From the NCBI GenBank assembly GCA_044892525.1, contig CM097885.1, positions 37,510,001-37,574,000 of the forward strand: a stretch of 64,000 bases of DNA, written 5' to 3'. The notes under the pieces were generated by a model. That model was not told where the DNA came from, searched no databases, and worked only from the letters and a program-made list of their open reading frames with translations. This document shows positions 26,150 to 39,510 of this stretch, one piece after another; within the stretch, counting starts at the first letter, position 1; each line of letters opens with the position of its first letter. Position numbers and translations under genes: made by a program. Source of the stretch: Schmidtea polychroa. Its lineage: Eukaryota.

Positions 26150-26500
26150 TTAATGAATGTGTAAATGGTACTACTAGTCCATTATATAATTCTCTCTAAC
26201 ATAACATTAACGACTTCAAACCTCTTTGAAACTTCCTAGTTCATTCTTCATTAAGATCATTTTGACAAAACTACTACCTAATTTATTAGCCATATCAATA
26301 TCTTCTTTGGCATTTAGGACCAGATCCTCTATCATTATCGGTTTCTTCTTTAGAATCAGTATTCCCACGGACAACCTCTATTATTTCATTTTTGTTTAGA
26401 AGTTTGCTACTAATACTTCATCTATATCTGCGAACGATGGATCATCAAATCCTTCTCCACCAATTGTATGTGTCAGTGTATTAATATTGGGTAATTACTT
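26150..26500 (-). mobile_element. pogo/Tigger-like transposase C-terminal remnant
   Basis: IGGEGFDDPSFADIDEVL resembles the EGF.D...D..ELL segment of Tigger-type C-termini; heavily decayed. Confidence 0.45.
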
Positions 26501-26850
26501 AGCATTAAGAATTACGAGATCTCAGATTTTGACACATTTTACCAGCAAAAAGATCCTATTATCTTTCGCGCCAAACTCAAAAATAAACCAAAACAAAATC
26601 AAAATTAGGGGGAAAAATTTCGACGAATAAAAATCATTAGAATCTTTGGAACATATACAATCAAAACACCTCATGTAAAAAGAAAATGATTTTTTAATTA
26701 GTGCTATTTCAAAATCGTGTAAAAATGTTCGTGTAAAAACAGACCAAAGCGATACTTTTTTATAATTCGTATAGTAGGGGTACAAAATGTTTCACTTTTT
26801 CAAGAATTTTAATTCGGTTAGGGTCATATTCTATGAGAAAGTGTCTTTAT

Positions 26851-27757
26851 CACTTGAGTAGAAATAAATACTCCTTAAAAAACGTATTTCAGTAACCAAA
26901 ACGAACATTTTCAATGATACCTAATAAACACATGTTATTATCTATATCTGTGGCTCAATCGATGCGTTTGAAGGAAGATTACAACAACGTTAAATTTTTG
27001 CTCGAGAAGATAAGCTACACCAAGTATCAATGGGATGTGGAGACTTGAAGATGATTGGGTTCCTTCTTGGCCTACAAGGTGGGTACACCAAATATTCGTG
27101 CTTCTTATGCATTTGGACAGCAGAGTGTCAAAGCAACACATCGTTACTCGAGACTGGCCTGCACGCAACGAACTAACAGCTGGTAAATACAATGTAATTC
27201 GTGATAGGTTGATTTTGGCAGAGAGGGTTCTGCTACCACCCTTGCATATCAATTCGCAGTCACCAGCTTTCTAGTACATATCTTCCATGTTTCTTAAGTT
27301 ATCCGATGCAAAACTGAAAGCCGGGGTTTTCACTGGACCGCAGATACGTTGCATGTCAAAAGAGCATGGTGAGAAGTTTCACCAAGATATTCAAGTCATG
27401 GAGAAGTGTTACCAAGGGCGATGGGATGAATCTATGATGGATGATTACGTTTTGGGTTTGGTTCGTAGTGACTTAAGTCAAGCTAAGTCCTTCATTTTTC
27501 ACACAATTAAAGGTAACATTCTTTTTAGCGAGTGAATACTTATTACAACTGATGTTCTATTGTTACCTATAACTTCACTTTTTGAAAGTTACTTAATACT
27601 ATTATACCGTTAATCATAATTATTAATGTAATTTTCTGACAATTGCGTGCGAACGGTTGACAGACACAGAAACAAACTTTGAATTCATATTCAGCAACAT
27701 CGATTCTATACATACAACTGTTGAAAACTGCACATAACTGTGACTTTTTGCTCAGTG
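26851..27757 (+). mobile_element. Chapaev3-like (CMC) transposon, deleted and decayed
   Basis: DWPAR..L..GKYNV...L...RVLLPPLHI, KLSDAKLKAGVFTGPQIR, EHGEKFHQDIQVMEK.YQGRW...MM.DY. The 3' end ...TTGCTCAGTG (CAC-type TIR) is at 27757; the 5' end is degenerate. Confidence 0.7.
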
Positions 27758-28459
27758 GAATAAGTAAAACTATCAATGTTTTTTTGTTGATATTCACGAA
27801 TTTTCGACACAGCCTTTTTCAAGTGATTTTGATATATATATTATTATCACAATAACATATGTTGTCGGGAATTCATATAACAAAAGGAGCTGTTTGATCG
27901 GCATCCTCATTCAAAACTCTACTATAAATTCTTTTTGAAACTTTATAATTATAATTAAAAAAATTAATTAATTATAAAATTGATATATTGTTTTAAACGT
28001 ATTTGTTCAATAGTGCATAAACATTGTTTTTTATTGTAAATTATCGGAAAGCCATTACACAATCAACTGAATTTTGTAGTTTCTTTTTTTTAGAAAATAG
28101 TTTGATATATTTTTCATTTCCGGATAAATTTAACAAATAGAACATATGAAATTCAAAAAAAGACCATGAAATAATTAACTAAAACAAATATTTCAAACGT
28201 TTAATTCAACAATGCATGAATTTTTATTTAAGAAGCAAAGGAAACCATTTATAAATTTACTTTTGATATGAATCGCGTTTTTAAATCTGCTTTCAATGCC
28301 AAATTCTAACTGAAAAAATGTCATACCGAGCTAGGACTGAAATTAAACATAAAATGGATAAAACCATATTTTCAATTATAAATATTAAAAATAAAAAACT
28401 AAAAATTTAATGTAGATGATAATTTAAATATTTAAATTATTTTCATTATGACTGTAGAT

Positions 28460-28840
28460 CAGTGTTTTCTAACACAGTAGTGTGTCGCAAGGTTAAAATA
28501 AAAGAAAACGAACTCCTGCCCTTTAGGAACATTCAAAATATTAAGATACATTTATTTTTTTATCATGCTTCTTATATTGGAAAATTATTTTTTCTGCAAA
28601 TTATTGGCCGCATTTTCATCTTTAAATTATAATTTTTTGAATACCCTTTTATTTTTTTCAATGTTTTTCTCTTCAATGATGGTTGAAAATATGAATTCAA
28701 AATTTATATCTTCACCTAAATGCGATAATATAAAATTTAAACTTTAGAAAGTAAACAACTACACAATTTTTTATTTAGGACTGCCATGAAAAAATCTATT
28801 TTTTGGTGTGTCTTGGACTAGAAAAGATTGGGAATCTCTG
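28460..28840. mobile_element. hAT-type MITE (degenerate)
   Basis: CAGTGTTTTCTAA ... TTGGGAATCTCTG termini; flanks CTGTAGAT / CAATAGAT (6 of 8 match). Confidence 0.45.
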
Positions 28841-29242
28841 CAATAGATCAAACCTTAATTTTCTACGAAACATAAATTTTCAACAGTGGCTTTGAGTACT
28901 ATGGGTTTTAATAATCGGTCAGAAAACTCTTTCGTGGTTTATCCATAACTTTAACTCTAATTTTCATTCGGCAATATATATCGTTTCTGAATAACGGCTG
29001 CTACGTACCGAAAGGGCTAAACTTAAATATAATATTACAAAGTCAGTGTTGAAGATTGTGTTACCTAGAAAATTAATTTTTTATCTATAGTCAATATGAA
29101 AATAAATAAAACATCAATAAAACTGGAAGAAAGATGAAAAAGAGGATTTTACTTATAATATAAGTGAAAATTTAAAAATTTAAAAGTTAACTAATTTTAG
29201 ATTACTTTATTTAATTTTAAAACTAACACATAATTATATAAT

Positions 29243-29790
29243 TACAGGTTCGTTGTGTATAGTTTTGTATAGGACATCCTTTGGAAGTTGAGACACTCTG
29301 TAATGATTTTCCCATTGAAGTGGTACTTTTACCTCCGAATACCACTTCCATCTTACAGCCTATGGATCAAGGCACTATTTCAGTCAGAAATTTGACTGTA
29401 AAAACTATCGAAAAGGCCTTTTCTCTTCACAATCAATGCATGGAGTTATTAGAAGAGAACGATGAAGATTACGAGCGAGTAAATGCTGTTAAACGTGGCT
29501 GTAATGCATTGCTTGATAGTTATCTGCAAATTTTGCGCAATAAATGTAGAGAAGCCAAACAAGGGAATCTAGATTCATTTATACAACGTCGAGAAAAATG
29601 AATAAATTATTAATTTATCCATTGTATTTTTTTTTCAATTCTTAATGTTATTTTCAATGTTTATTTAATTTTTTATTTATAATGTTATTTGCCTTATTAT
29701 TATTCTAATGTCTATTTAATAAATATAAAGTTTTTCAAGTCTTTAAATGTTTTTTTTCAAAAATCCCCGCATTGTATATTACCTGTATAT
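29243..29790 (+). mobile_element. pogo/Tigger remnant (internally deleted)
   Basis: VVLLPPNTTSILQPMDQG is the pogo/Tigger catalytic motif; TA-CAGGT...ACCTG-TA candidate ends. Confidence 0.7.
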
Positions 29791-29998
29791 GTTTGTTTAA
29801 ATTTTATTTTTCTAACAAACATTATTTTTCGGCATTTCTATAGAACATGTATATAATTTACCCCAGTTGCCCCTAATTTGTGTCCATATTTCAAGTAAGT
29901 GTGTTTAATTTTTCGATAAATAAATAAATCAATCATTTATTATATTAGATCTTAATTTATGGGCATTTTATACTCAATTTATGGTCTTTGGTTTATAA

Positions 29999-32623
29999 CA
30001 GGGGTTCCCAAACTTTTACCAGTCGAGACCCACTATTTAGACCGCAAAGTTTTCGCGACCCACCTGCAAATAAAACAAGAAAAAAGCTAAAAATGTTGAT
30101 TTACATATTTATTTAACACGCATATTTAAGAATAATTAATAGGATGAATGAGATGAATGAGCCTGCTTTCTATTTTTTGCAATAACATCTTCGACATCTA
30201 CTTTTATATTTGTTGTTATTAAGCGAAGTGAGTTTGATAGCTGTAATTTGTTGCGATATTTATTTTTTATTGCAATCATTGACGAAAATGCAACCTCGCA
30301 TAGATAAGAAGTTGTGAAAGGAAGCAATACTTTTAACGCTGCGGTGTGTAAAGTTGGATATGTGTTTTGCACCGATAACCAAAACTGTAACAATTTCGTA
30401 CCGTCAAAATGTAATTTAACAACACTATCTTCGAATAGCTCAATTAATTCCTCATCCGCTATCGTCGATATACCGGTAACTAAACCACTTTGAAATGGAT
30501 TTTGAACCCATGTATATTTTTCTAGATTTTTCATTTCTCCATAGAAATAAAAATCAAAATTTTCTTTAAGTCTGTCCAAATGCTCAATTATTAAAGAAAT
30601 TAAATCGTTATTGGGCGTTACTTCATTTTCAATGATAAAAGTTTGGAATGTATCAAAGCAGTCATATTTATTTTCTTGAACATTATTTTTCCACAACATA
30701 AGTTTTTTTGTAAAAGCTTTTATTTTACCATGAACCGAAAATATATCAATTCCATTTGTTCCTTGTAATTGTAAATTTAAATCGTTCAATTTCGAAAATA
30801 TATCTGCTAAATAAGTCAGCAAAACTACATATTTCACATCGCGCAAATTTGATGTGTACTCATCTTGTTTATGTTCATGTAAATATATTGCTACTTCTTC
30901 GCGAAGTTCAACAAGTCTTGTCAGGACTTTGCCTTTCGATAGCCAGTGGACTTCTGTATGCAGCAGAAGAGATTTATGTAAACTTCCCATCTCTTCGCAG
31001 AGTTTTTGAAATAATCGTGATTGTAATGGTTTGCTCTTAATAAAATTTACAATTTTTATAGCAGTGGTCAAAACAGTATTTAGACTTTTTGGTATATTTT
31101 TGGATACTAACGCTTCTCTATGAATAGTGCAGTGAGTCCACGTTGCATTTGGACATTTTTGAAGACAACGTGTCACAGCACCACTGTTTTTACCACACAT
31201 TGCTTTTGCACCGTCGCTACATATTCCGACGCAGTTTTTCCAATCCAGTTTTTTCAATGTTATATAAGTGTCGAGCGTATCAAAAATTATTTCACCAGTT
31301 CCTCGAATGATTGGTTCACAAAATAATATGTCTTCAAAGAACTCGTTGCACCATATAAAACGTATGAAAATAATTAGTTGGGACAAACCTTGTACATCAG
31401 TTGATTCATCCAGTTGCAACGCAAAAAGTCCACTAACTTGAATTCTATGGATAAGCTTATTTTCTACCCATTCGGACATTTCATCAATTCTACGAGCAAC
31501 TGTGTTATTAGAAAGTGGAATTGATTCAACTTCTTTTAAGCTCTGCTCTCCAAACATAATTCCAACAGCATCTTTTATAGCTGGAAGTACTAATGACTCT
31601 CCAATAGTGTGCGGTTTACCGGATTGTGCAATTCGCAAACTAATGAGATACGAGGCGAACATAGCCTTTTCATTAATGCTGATGAAGCGAGAAAATAGAT
31701 TTTTTGAATTATTTAATTCCTGTAATTTGGTTTTAAAATAATCAATAGGCTTATTTTTTAAATCGGAATGTTTCGTCTCAAAATGTCGTATTAATTTGTT
31801 AGGTCGCATACTTTCATTAGCCAGAATTTCTTGACAAATAACACACTGTGGGCGTGGATCATCTTCTTTTCTATTCCATGTAAATCCAAATTTTAGATAT
31901 TCAGAATCATATTTTCTTTTGCCACGTTTTGATGATTGCGAACTTGTTGAAGGATTCTCACCAAATTTTCTCTTATTATCTGTTTTTGTTGCTACAGAAC
32001 CTTCTTTTTCTTTTTCATTTTCAATTGTTTGATTTTGCCCAGGAGTCTTTTTCAACCACATATCCATCGCAGCAATGGTTCTTTAAAAATAAGAATATTA
32101 AGAACTTTATTTATTACATGAAATACTATAGCACTAAATTTAAAAAATACTTACATTTGATTTTAAATTATGTTTTTTTATTAACGAAACACTTTTATTA
32201 ACAATATATATAAACTTTTTTATTAACAACACAACACCGTACTTAGTCCAAAACAAAATTTGCACTGGTTGTCTGAATATTTAAAGTTTGTAATCCTAAA
32301 TTTCTAATTAACCGTTATTTGTGTTTGGTTGCCTGGTTAAAATGTAGAAAAGTGGTTGCTATGATGCGATTATTAAAAACAAGTTCTAAATACAAAAATT
32401 TGCTAAAAAGAAGTTTAATTTTTAAACCACCTAAAAATATGCAATAATTTTTTGTCGCAAACCTACTTATATATAAATATTGTGACAAGTTCAGTAAAAG
32501 CAAATTAATATGCTCAGTAATACAAATATTAAATTTTTGGCTAAATATTAAATTTTTGGCGACACACCGAAAATAGCTTCGCGACCCACCAGTGGGTCGC
32601 GACCCACACTTTGGGAACCGCTG
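29999..32623 (-). mobile_element. Full-length hAT Buster/Charlie-type transposon
   Basis: TIRs CAGGGGTTCCCAAA / TTTGGGAACCGCTG with perfect 8-bp TSD GTTTATAA (29991-29998, 32624-32631). Subterminal GCGACCCAC repeats. Confidence 0.95.
30136..32067 (-). CDS. Buster/ZBED5-like hAT transposase, 643 aa, open ORF
   Basis: BED-like CVIC...RHFETKH, LQLDESTD, CSDGA, CTIH (CxxH), EVHWLS and YLCEVAFS. Confidence 0.92.
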   Translation of the reverse strand: MDMWLKKTPGQNQTIENEKEKEGSVATKTDNKRKFGENPSTSSQSSKRGKRKYDSEYLKFGFTWNRKEDDPRPQCVICQEILANESMRPNKLIRHFETKHSDLKNKPIDYFKTKLQELNNSKNLFSRFISINEKAMFASYLISLRIAQSGKPHTIGESLVLPAIKDAVGIMFGEQSLKEVESIPLSNNTVARRIDEMSEWVENKLIHRIQVSGLFALQLDESTDVQGLSQLIIFIRFIWCNEFFEDILFCEPIIRGTGEIIFDTLDTYITLKKLDWKNCVGICSDGAKAMCGKNSGAVTRCLQKCPNATWTHCTIHREALVSKNIPKSLNTVLTTAIKIVNFIKSKPLQSRLFQKLCEEMGSLHKSLLLHTEVHWLSKGKVLTRLVELREEVAIYLHEHKQDEYTSNLRDVKYVVLLTYLADIFSKLNDLNLQLQGTNGIDIFSVHGKIKAFTKKLMLWKNNVQENKYDCFDTFQTFIIENEVTPNNDLISLIIEHLDRLKENFDFYFYGEMKNLEKYTWVQNPFQSGLVTGISTIADEELIELFEDSVVKLHFDGTKLLQFWLSVQNTYPTLHTAALKVLLPFTTSYLCEVAFSSMIAIKNKYRNKLQLSNSLRLITTNIKVDVEDVIAKNRKQAHSSHSSY

Positions 32624-33723
32624 GTTTATAATAAGCTTAATATGTCAAATTTTGATTGCTTTGACAATAATATTTTCAAAATACACATACCCCTCGTTTA
32701 TAAGCTATCTTTCGTTTTATTTAGTTACTTACTTAAAATAATTTTCAATATAATTAATTGTGAAAACTAATACGAAATTATGAAAAATAAAAAAGTTTAA
32801 AATGTGTAGGTAAATAATTATGATATTCGTTATGTTGTTTAAAATTAATCGATTCATAGACACATAAAATTTTTGCTTTGAACACTAAAAGGGGAATTCC
32901 CATTTTTTTGTGGTTTTATTATCATTTTTATTACAGTTTTATTAAACATTTTCTTCATAAATTTTTTTTAATTTTGATTTTAAAAACCCTGTAAGATCGA
33001 AAACGTGCAAAACGAGTAGCATGTAAAACGAGGGATCGGTGAATTTGCTTATTTATACACATTTTTATAATCGATTATTGATTTCGAAGATAAAAATTAT
33101 TTTTTCATTATTTCAGAATTAATTCAACGTCATGGTTTTAGAAGTAAATAAAGATTTATAGCTAGAAATAAAAGATCTGCGAAGTGTAAAAACTATTCGT
33201 TAACATTGTTAAAAATAAAAATGAATATCCGAAATATGAAATTCGACAAAAATACTTTTTTATTTTCGGTAATACTTAGTTCTGTGAATAAAAATAATCT
33301 AAAATGGAAAGTAAAAATAGAAATATTGGTAAAGACTAAAGAATTAACGAATTTTAAATTGAAAATCTCTATAATTTTAAAAAACTAAACCACAGCAAAT
33401 ATCTCATTGAATTTAATAACTAAATAAAATAATAATTGTACACTTCTTTCACTGTAATTATTATTATTTTATTTAAATAATAATTTTGTAATAAAATATC
33501 TTTGTTTCTTTCCATTAATTTCAACCAGCTTGTCATATGCTAACAACTTTTACGTGTACCTTCACTGAAAAATGCAGGGACTCCTGTTTTAGACAATTTT
33601 CTACCTTGAATTTAAGTTGAGGATGAATTCTATGATTTAAATAGTAATTGAATTAAAAGTTTACCGCGTTATATAAAATTTTAGCTATACTAATTATTAA
33701 AATATAAATATTTATTTAAAAAT

Positions 33724-33795
33724 CACTTGAAAAAGGCAGTGTCGAAAATTCGTGAATATCAAAAAAACATCGATATATTTACTGATTCATAGTCA
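33724..33795. repeat. Half copy of the 48.6-kb hairpin element
   Basis: AAAAAGGCAGTGTCGAAAATTCGTGAATATCAAAAAAACATCGATATATTTACTGATTCATAGTC. Other partial copies lie at about 27770-27830 and 11207-11230. Confidence 0.8.
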
Positions 33796-35879
33796 AGCTT
33801 TTTAATAAATACAATTAAAATTTTAATGTTTGAAAATTTGTTTAATAAATTAAATTAAAATGTTCTTTATTCAGAGGTCAGCAAATATTTAAGACGGAAT
33901 AGCCAAACCCATCCCTCACGAATATTTAAAAATCCTTCGAGAGACAAATATATTTTTACAATTAAGGAAAATTTAGAGTAATATTATAACATGCTAATAT
34001 TAATATTAAATACCTTTTTATTAAATCAAGAAAAAATCATACAAAAAATTGCATTTATGTTGTAACTATTATTTATAAGTATAAAATGATGATTTCTCGG
34101 TAACAGTATTACAATTATCAATATGTTATATTATAAATGCTGAATAACAGAATATTTAAGAACTTGAATAATGATCTCATAATTATATAAAATCTTAAAG
34201 TTACCTGAAATTAAAAAAATTACTTGAAAACCATTTTTAAATTGAATAAATGAAATTGAGTAACTTCATTTTCACGTATATGGTGACTCACCTCAACTGG
34301 TGTGCACACCAACGTGAATTATAGAGGTTACTAAATTTCGGAATTGGGTGTAATTAAATGTTAAACAAGTAAATGATATGATTCGCCTTGTGCAGTAAAA
34401 TGCCTATCTTATCATTTATTTGTATAAAATTATACTTAATATTATAAGCTTTTTATTTGATTTAAGTAATTTATTACCAAATATACTCTATAATAAATTA
34501 ATTTAAAATTTTATTATATATAATATAATGTAATGTTCACATAATGCTTTATATGGAAACGTTTGATAACATATACTACAAACGGTAAAATCAAATCACA
34601 AAATATTAAAAAGGAATGTCTAATATTTGCAACTGATAAAAATAATAAAAAATAATTTCATAAAATTATGTAATTATGATACATTTGTATCACATAAATG
34701 AAAAAAATCTGACAAATAATGCACTGTTAAAAGTGTTTTAAAGAAGGATATACATATTTGTAAATGGTACAAATACTAATATAAAAATATCAGAAATAAA
34801 GCACATTTATACAGAATAAAAATAATTCAAATATAAGATGAAATGTCATGAGTAATGTACTTCACTCATGAATTACCAAATGCTGGAGTTAGACACCTTG
34901 CTAAGTTTCACAGAAGCATCAGACATACTAAATACCAACGCCATTCTTTAATCGAAATTACTATGTAGTAATTAAAATAATTTTCAATAATCAATTATAT
35001 TTAAACTTTTAAAATTATTTTAAAATTATTATTTTTTAATTATTTAACATAATTATTATTCAATATACATCAACATACATAAATTTTAATTAAAAACATT
35101 CAACACACTGCATTCTGCACATTGATTTTATTTAGATTATTATTTAGATTAAAAAATAATTGTTTAAAATTTTTATTTATAATTTAAAATTTATAGATTT
35201 TATAATTTGTTTATATCCGTCGTGAATGTAGATACACTGATGATGATAGTGATGCTATCNNNNNNNNNNNNNNNNNNNNNNNNNNNNNNNNNNNNNNNNN
35301 NNNNNNNNNNNNNNNNNNNNNNNNNNNNNNNNNNNNNNNNNNNNNNNNNNNNNNNNNNNNNNNNNNNNNNNNNNNNNNNNNNNNNNNNNNNNNNNNNNNN
35401 NNNNNNNNNNNNNNNNNNNNNNNNNNNNNNNNNNNNNNNNNNNNNNNNNNNNNNNNNNNNNNNNNNNNNNNNNNNNNNNNNNNNNNNNNNNNNNNNNNNN
35501 NNNNNNAGTCGATTTGCTAAAATGATTTGTGTAAAATATTATTTTTTTTTGGAAAATTTCTCATTAATGCATTAAGGAGTTACATTTCTGAAGTGAATTC
35601 GCTTGAAGCTATAAAAACTGTAATAACTTCCTATTAACGAGTAAATCGACTAATTTCACTGACAAATATTTTCAAAATTCATCATCATCACATCAAAAAT
35701 AAAACAAATTTTAAGAAACAAAATTTATGTTTTTGATTCTTAAAAATCAACATTAAAAATGATTATTTTTTCTCTACTGATTTTATTCTCTTTAAAATTA
35801 CTTTCTCTACTATTTTTGTGTACTACTTACAAATTAAATAAAATAGTTTAGAATTAATAATCAAAAACTTCTTAGTGTG

Positions 35880-37910
35880 TTGAGTATCTAAAAATCAATT
35901 TGCACAGGGCGCTTCGACACAATTAAGGCTCACATTTTTAGAACTTCATCCAGACCTAATATATGCAAATAACATGATATTAGTGGAGCGCATTAATCCA
36001 GTCGAACATTGTTAAATCCAAATTTTCAAACTCCACTGTATCTGGATATTTTATAAATTTTGTTGTGTCTTCAAAACTTTCTAAACTGAACAAAACGCAC
36101 TGAAAATAGTTCGAGGGTTGCGTCGATTGTCTCTAAAAATAACAAAATATGAGCTTCTTTGACAACGGTTTCTTGGATTTCTATTTCAGTATAAAATCTT
36201 TTAAGTCTTTGAAAATATCGAAACTCTTGTTTTTCCAAATCACGTTTGAAAATTTTCAACTTCTTTTCAAATGCTTTTATAACGTCAAAAGCCTTGTCAA
36301 CGGTTTTTCCAAAACTTTGCAACTTAGTGTTAAGTTCATTTAGATGTGAAGTAAAATCTGTAAAGAACATTAGTCTGCTGAGCCAGTCAACATCAGTTAA
36401 CTCTGAATACTTCTGTTTGTTGTCTTCCATAAACATTCGAATTTCAACAAGACATTCCACGAAACGTTCCAGCACACGACCTCTGCTAAGCCAGCGAACA
36501 CTATTGTACATTCGTAACCCAGAGTAAACGGACTGTACTTCATTTAACAGCAGTTCAAATTTTATCTTATTCAAAGCACGAGTAGTAATGAAATTTACAA
36601 TTTTTGTTACAATTTTCATAACATCTTCAAGTTCCTTCAAACCAGATTTTGCACACAAGGCTTCTTGGTGCACAATACAGTGAAACGCAACCAGTGGGTG
36701 TCCAACATGTTTCGTAAAGAAATTCACGAAACCCGAATCTTTTCCAGTCATACTTGATGCACCGTCAGTAGTTACAGAGACTATTTTATTTACGTCTAAA
36801 TCTGCATTTTTACGTTCATCCACGACGTTTTGGCATATTTCTGCACCCGTTGTTGTTCCAGATAATTTGGTTAGTTTTATTAGTTCTTCGCGCATTTCGT
36901 TTTCTTTCGGATATCTAGCAATGATGGTTAATCGAGCAGAGGCTGTTACATCAGTACTCTCGTCCAGGCAAATAGAGAAGGCCTGACATAACTTGATGTT
37001 TTCTTTTAATTGATTCTCAATATTTGAATTCAAGTTAATTATTCTCTCTTTTACTGTATTTAGACTAATAGGCAGATCTTTCATTCGTCTTTATTTGGAA
37101 AATCTTCAAACAAATATGGCTCAAATTCTAGCAAAGTTTCTTTGATGTAATCACCATCACTGAAAGGCTTGCCATACTTAGCTATTATTTTGGAAACTTC
37201 AAAACTTGCAGACACTAAATTAGATGTACTTTTAACAAACTTTACAAACGAACAGGAATGTAAATTTGCATTTTTAACTGCCGCAATATATATTCTTTTT
37301 GTTCATCCTCGCTTTTGCCAAGAAGCCACTTGTGATTACTTTCATAGTGACGTTTAACTGAAGATGTTCGACAAACAACGCTTTCAGAACACAAGACACA
37401 CAAGGCCTTACTTTGTTAGTTGATTATCCATATCGTTCAGTCCACCAATCTTGGAATTCCCTGCCACTTCCTTCCTCTGAATGTTTTATTTTTTTTTGCT
37501 ATGAACACGACATTTTATTTAGCAAAATTTCTATTTTTAAATTATTAAATATTTACAAAAAAAATTCAATCCTTCACCAATAATAATGTCAACAAGATGT
37601 CTGCGTCATCAAATTCGTGCGCATCTTAACTTGTTTATTTTTACTTGTTAAAACAAATTCGGAATATACAAAAAATGATAGAAAATAATTTATAGATTTA
37701 ATCATAAGAAATATATATTCTGCCATCTGAAAATGACCTATTGTTCGATTCCTAGTTAACGGTTTCTAAATTATTTGCACAATAAAATCATGCTGAAGTG
37801 TTAAATTGCGATTTCAATGATTTTATACTACTAAAATTTACACAAATTTGTTTTATCCAAAGGTTTGGCGTGCCACTTTGGGCACGCGTGCCATAGGTTC
37901 ACCAGCGCTG
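35880..37910 (-). mobile_element. hAT (EPM2AIP1/GTF2IRD2, OposCharlie-like) transposon, frameshifted
   Basis: 5' terminus CAGCGCTGGTGAACCTATGGCACGCGTGCC at 37910. ORF 36071-37084 has SICLDESTD, VTTDGA, CIVH and VRWLSRG. N- and C-termini are frameshifted and the 3' TIR was not found (possibly in the gap). Confidence 0.85.
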
Positions 37911-39135
37911 ATCTATGGGAACTCGGAAAAGAAAACGGAAGTAAAAGGAAATGAGAAATGAGAAAGAGGAATGAAACAAAAGAAATCAGACAAGAGAAAA
38001 AACAAAGGTCAGTACTAATTAATTAGTATAAAAGGAAAAGAAATTTCAAAATCGAGAAAAACTGAAACAACAATAATGTACTTATCTCGACAGCTTGTCA
38101 GAGATAACAGAAACAAAAAGAAAACAAGCCGCAAAAAGGAAAAATTAGAAAATATCTTGACAGCTGTCAAAGATAACTCGGTTGCAGGGAAAAGTTAGGA
38201 AATTATGTTGGAGAAAAAATGGGAAATTAAAGATAAGCTGAAGTGCCACAAAGTGACGAGGTATGAAAGCAATAAAAATGCAAACTATTTCTCATAGTAA
38301 GCGTAGTTCCACTGATATTGAAAATAACATTTCTGTTGACCAATAACCTGTTACCGTTTCAATAGTCACATAAAAGAAGAGGAAGTGCCCCTCTACAAGA
38401 GTCTTTATTAGAAAAAAGAAGCAGGATGTCATTCAAATGCAAGTTGTTAATCACTATCTCTTTCTCGCTATTAAGATACCAAAAGAATAAAAAGAATAAC
38501 TGCCATTTGTCAAGAATTTACGAAATTGTGAAAAGTGAAGTTGAATTTCCAAAATGTGTCAGAACAAGTGATTCAAGCAAAGCTTGACAAGATTCTTAAA
38601 ACTTATAACGATCCACTCAACTTATGATCCACTCAATGCAATGTTTGATATTACGAAAGTTAATGGTGACTAGCTATCCAATGAAGACAAAAACCTACAC
38701 TATGGAGAAGCAATAGGGAAGTTAGATATTTGACAGGTCACACGGCAAATGAAAACGACTGTTAGCAGAATTACCTGTAACATCAACATGAACGTTGTAT
38801 AAACTTGAGGACAGTGACAGTGTTGAAGGTAGTGATGGCAGTTAATGTGAAGAAAAAAACTATTATAGCAAGCATGTATAAAAAAAAAGCACAATAAAAG
38901 TGAAGCTGCAACCAAACTAGGGACTGCCATAGGAATATTAACCAAAGATGTGCGAAAATATGTAAAATACTGTCACAAAGTATTGACATTCCAATGTCAT
39001 ATCAATTAACAATATATAAGTCGATATTCAAAGTAGCTACAAAATTAAAAAAGACAATGACAAAACAATTATGGCTTGAAAAATGGCTCTTACATTTGGA
39101 TGAAAATCACATGGATGGGAATGAATGTCAAGTTG

Positions 39136-39510
39136 GGTACTTCCGTGTTATCTTACCCCCAAAAATTAAATTAAAAAAGAACACATATAATTATTATATT
39201 TACTTTCTAAATCACAGTTACAAACTCAGCAAATGTTTGTAAAGAGTTTGTAAATGGTCATCGAGGTGGCCAGAAAACCACAATGTCGTTGAGAATAGTG
39301 TCGAACACATCGGCACTGTTGCTTAGAACACGTCTGCGCCACATAGACTCACATAATCACATAATCACATAAATCACAGATAGCCTTAATAAATCCATGT
39401 TCAATAATGTTCAATAACGTCATCAATAATGAATTCTCTCATTTTTTATATTGTTATTTTAATTGTATTTTATAATTTAATTTTTGGGGGTAAGATAACA
39501 CGGAAGTACC
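39136..39510 (-). mobile_element. Merlin-like non-autonomous element
   Basis: ~38-bp TIRs GGTACTTCCGTGTTATCTTACCCCCAAAAATTAAATTA and perfect 8-bp TSD TCAAGTTG (39128-39135, 39511-39518). Internal minus strand ESMWRRRVLSNSADVFDTILNDIVVFWPP resembles Merlin/IS1016 transposase C-termini. Confidence 0.75.

Noticed and set aside
38085-38180. TGACAGCTGTCA palindromes (TALE/TGIF-type site; partial copy near 49150)
   Set aside because: Isolated, with no associated gene; probably part of a decayed repeat.
38690-38990. Possible LTR-retrotransposon integrase zinc-finger remnant (KDVRKYVKYCHK)
   Set aside because: Too short and degraded; no LTRs or other domains.
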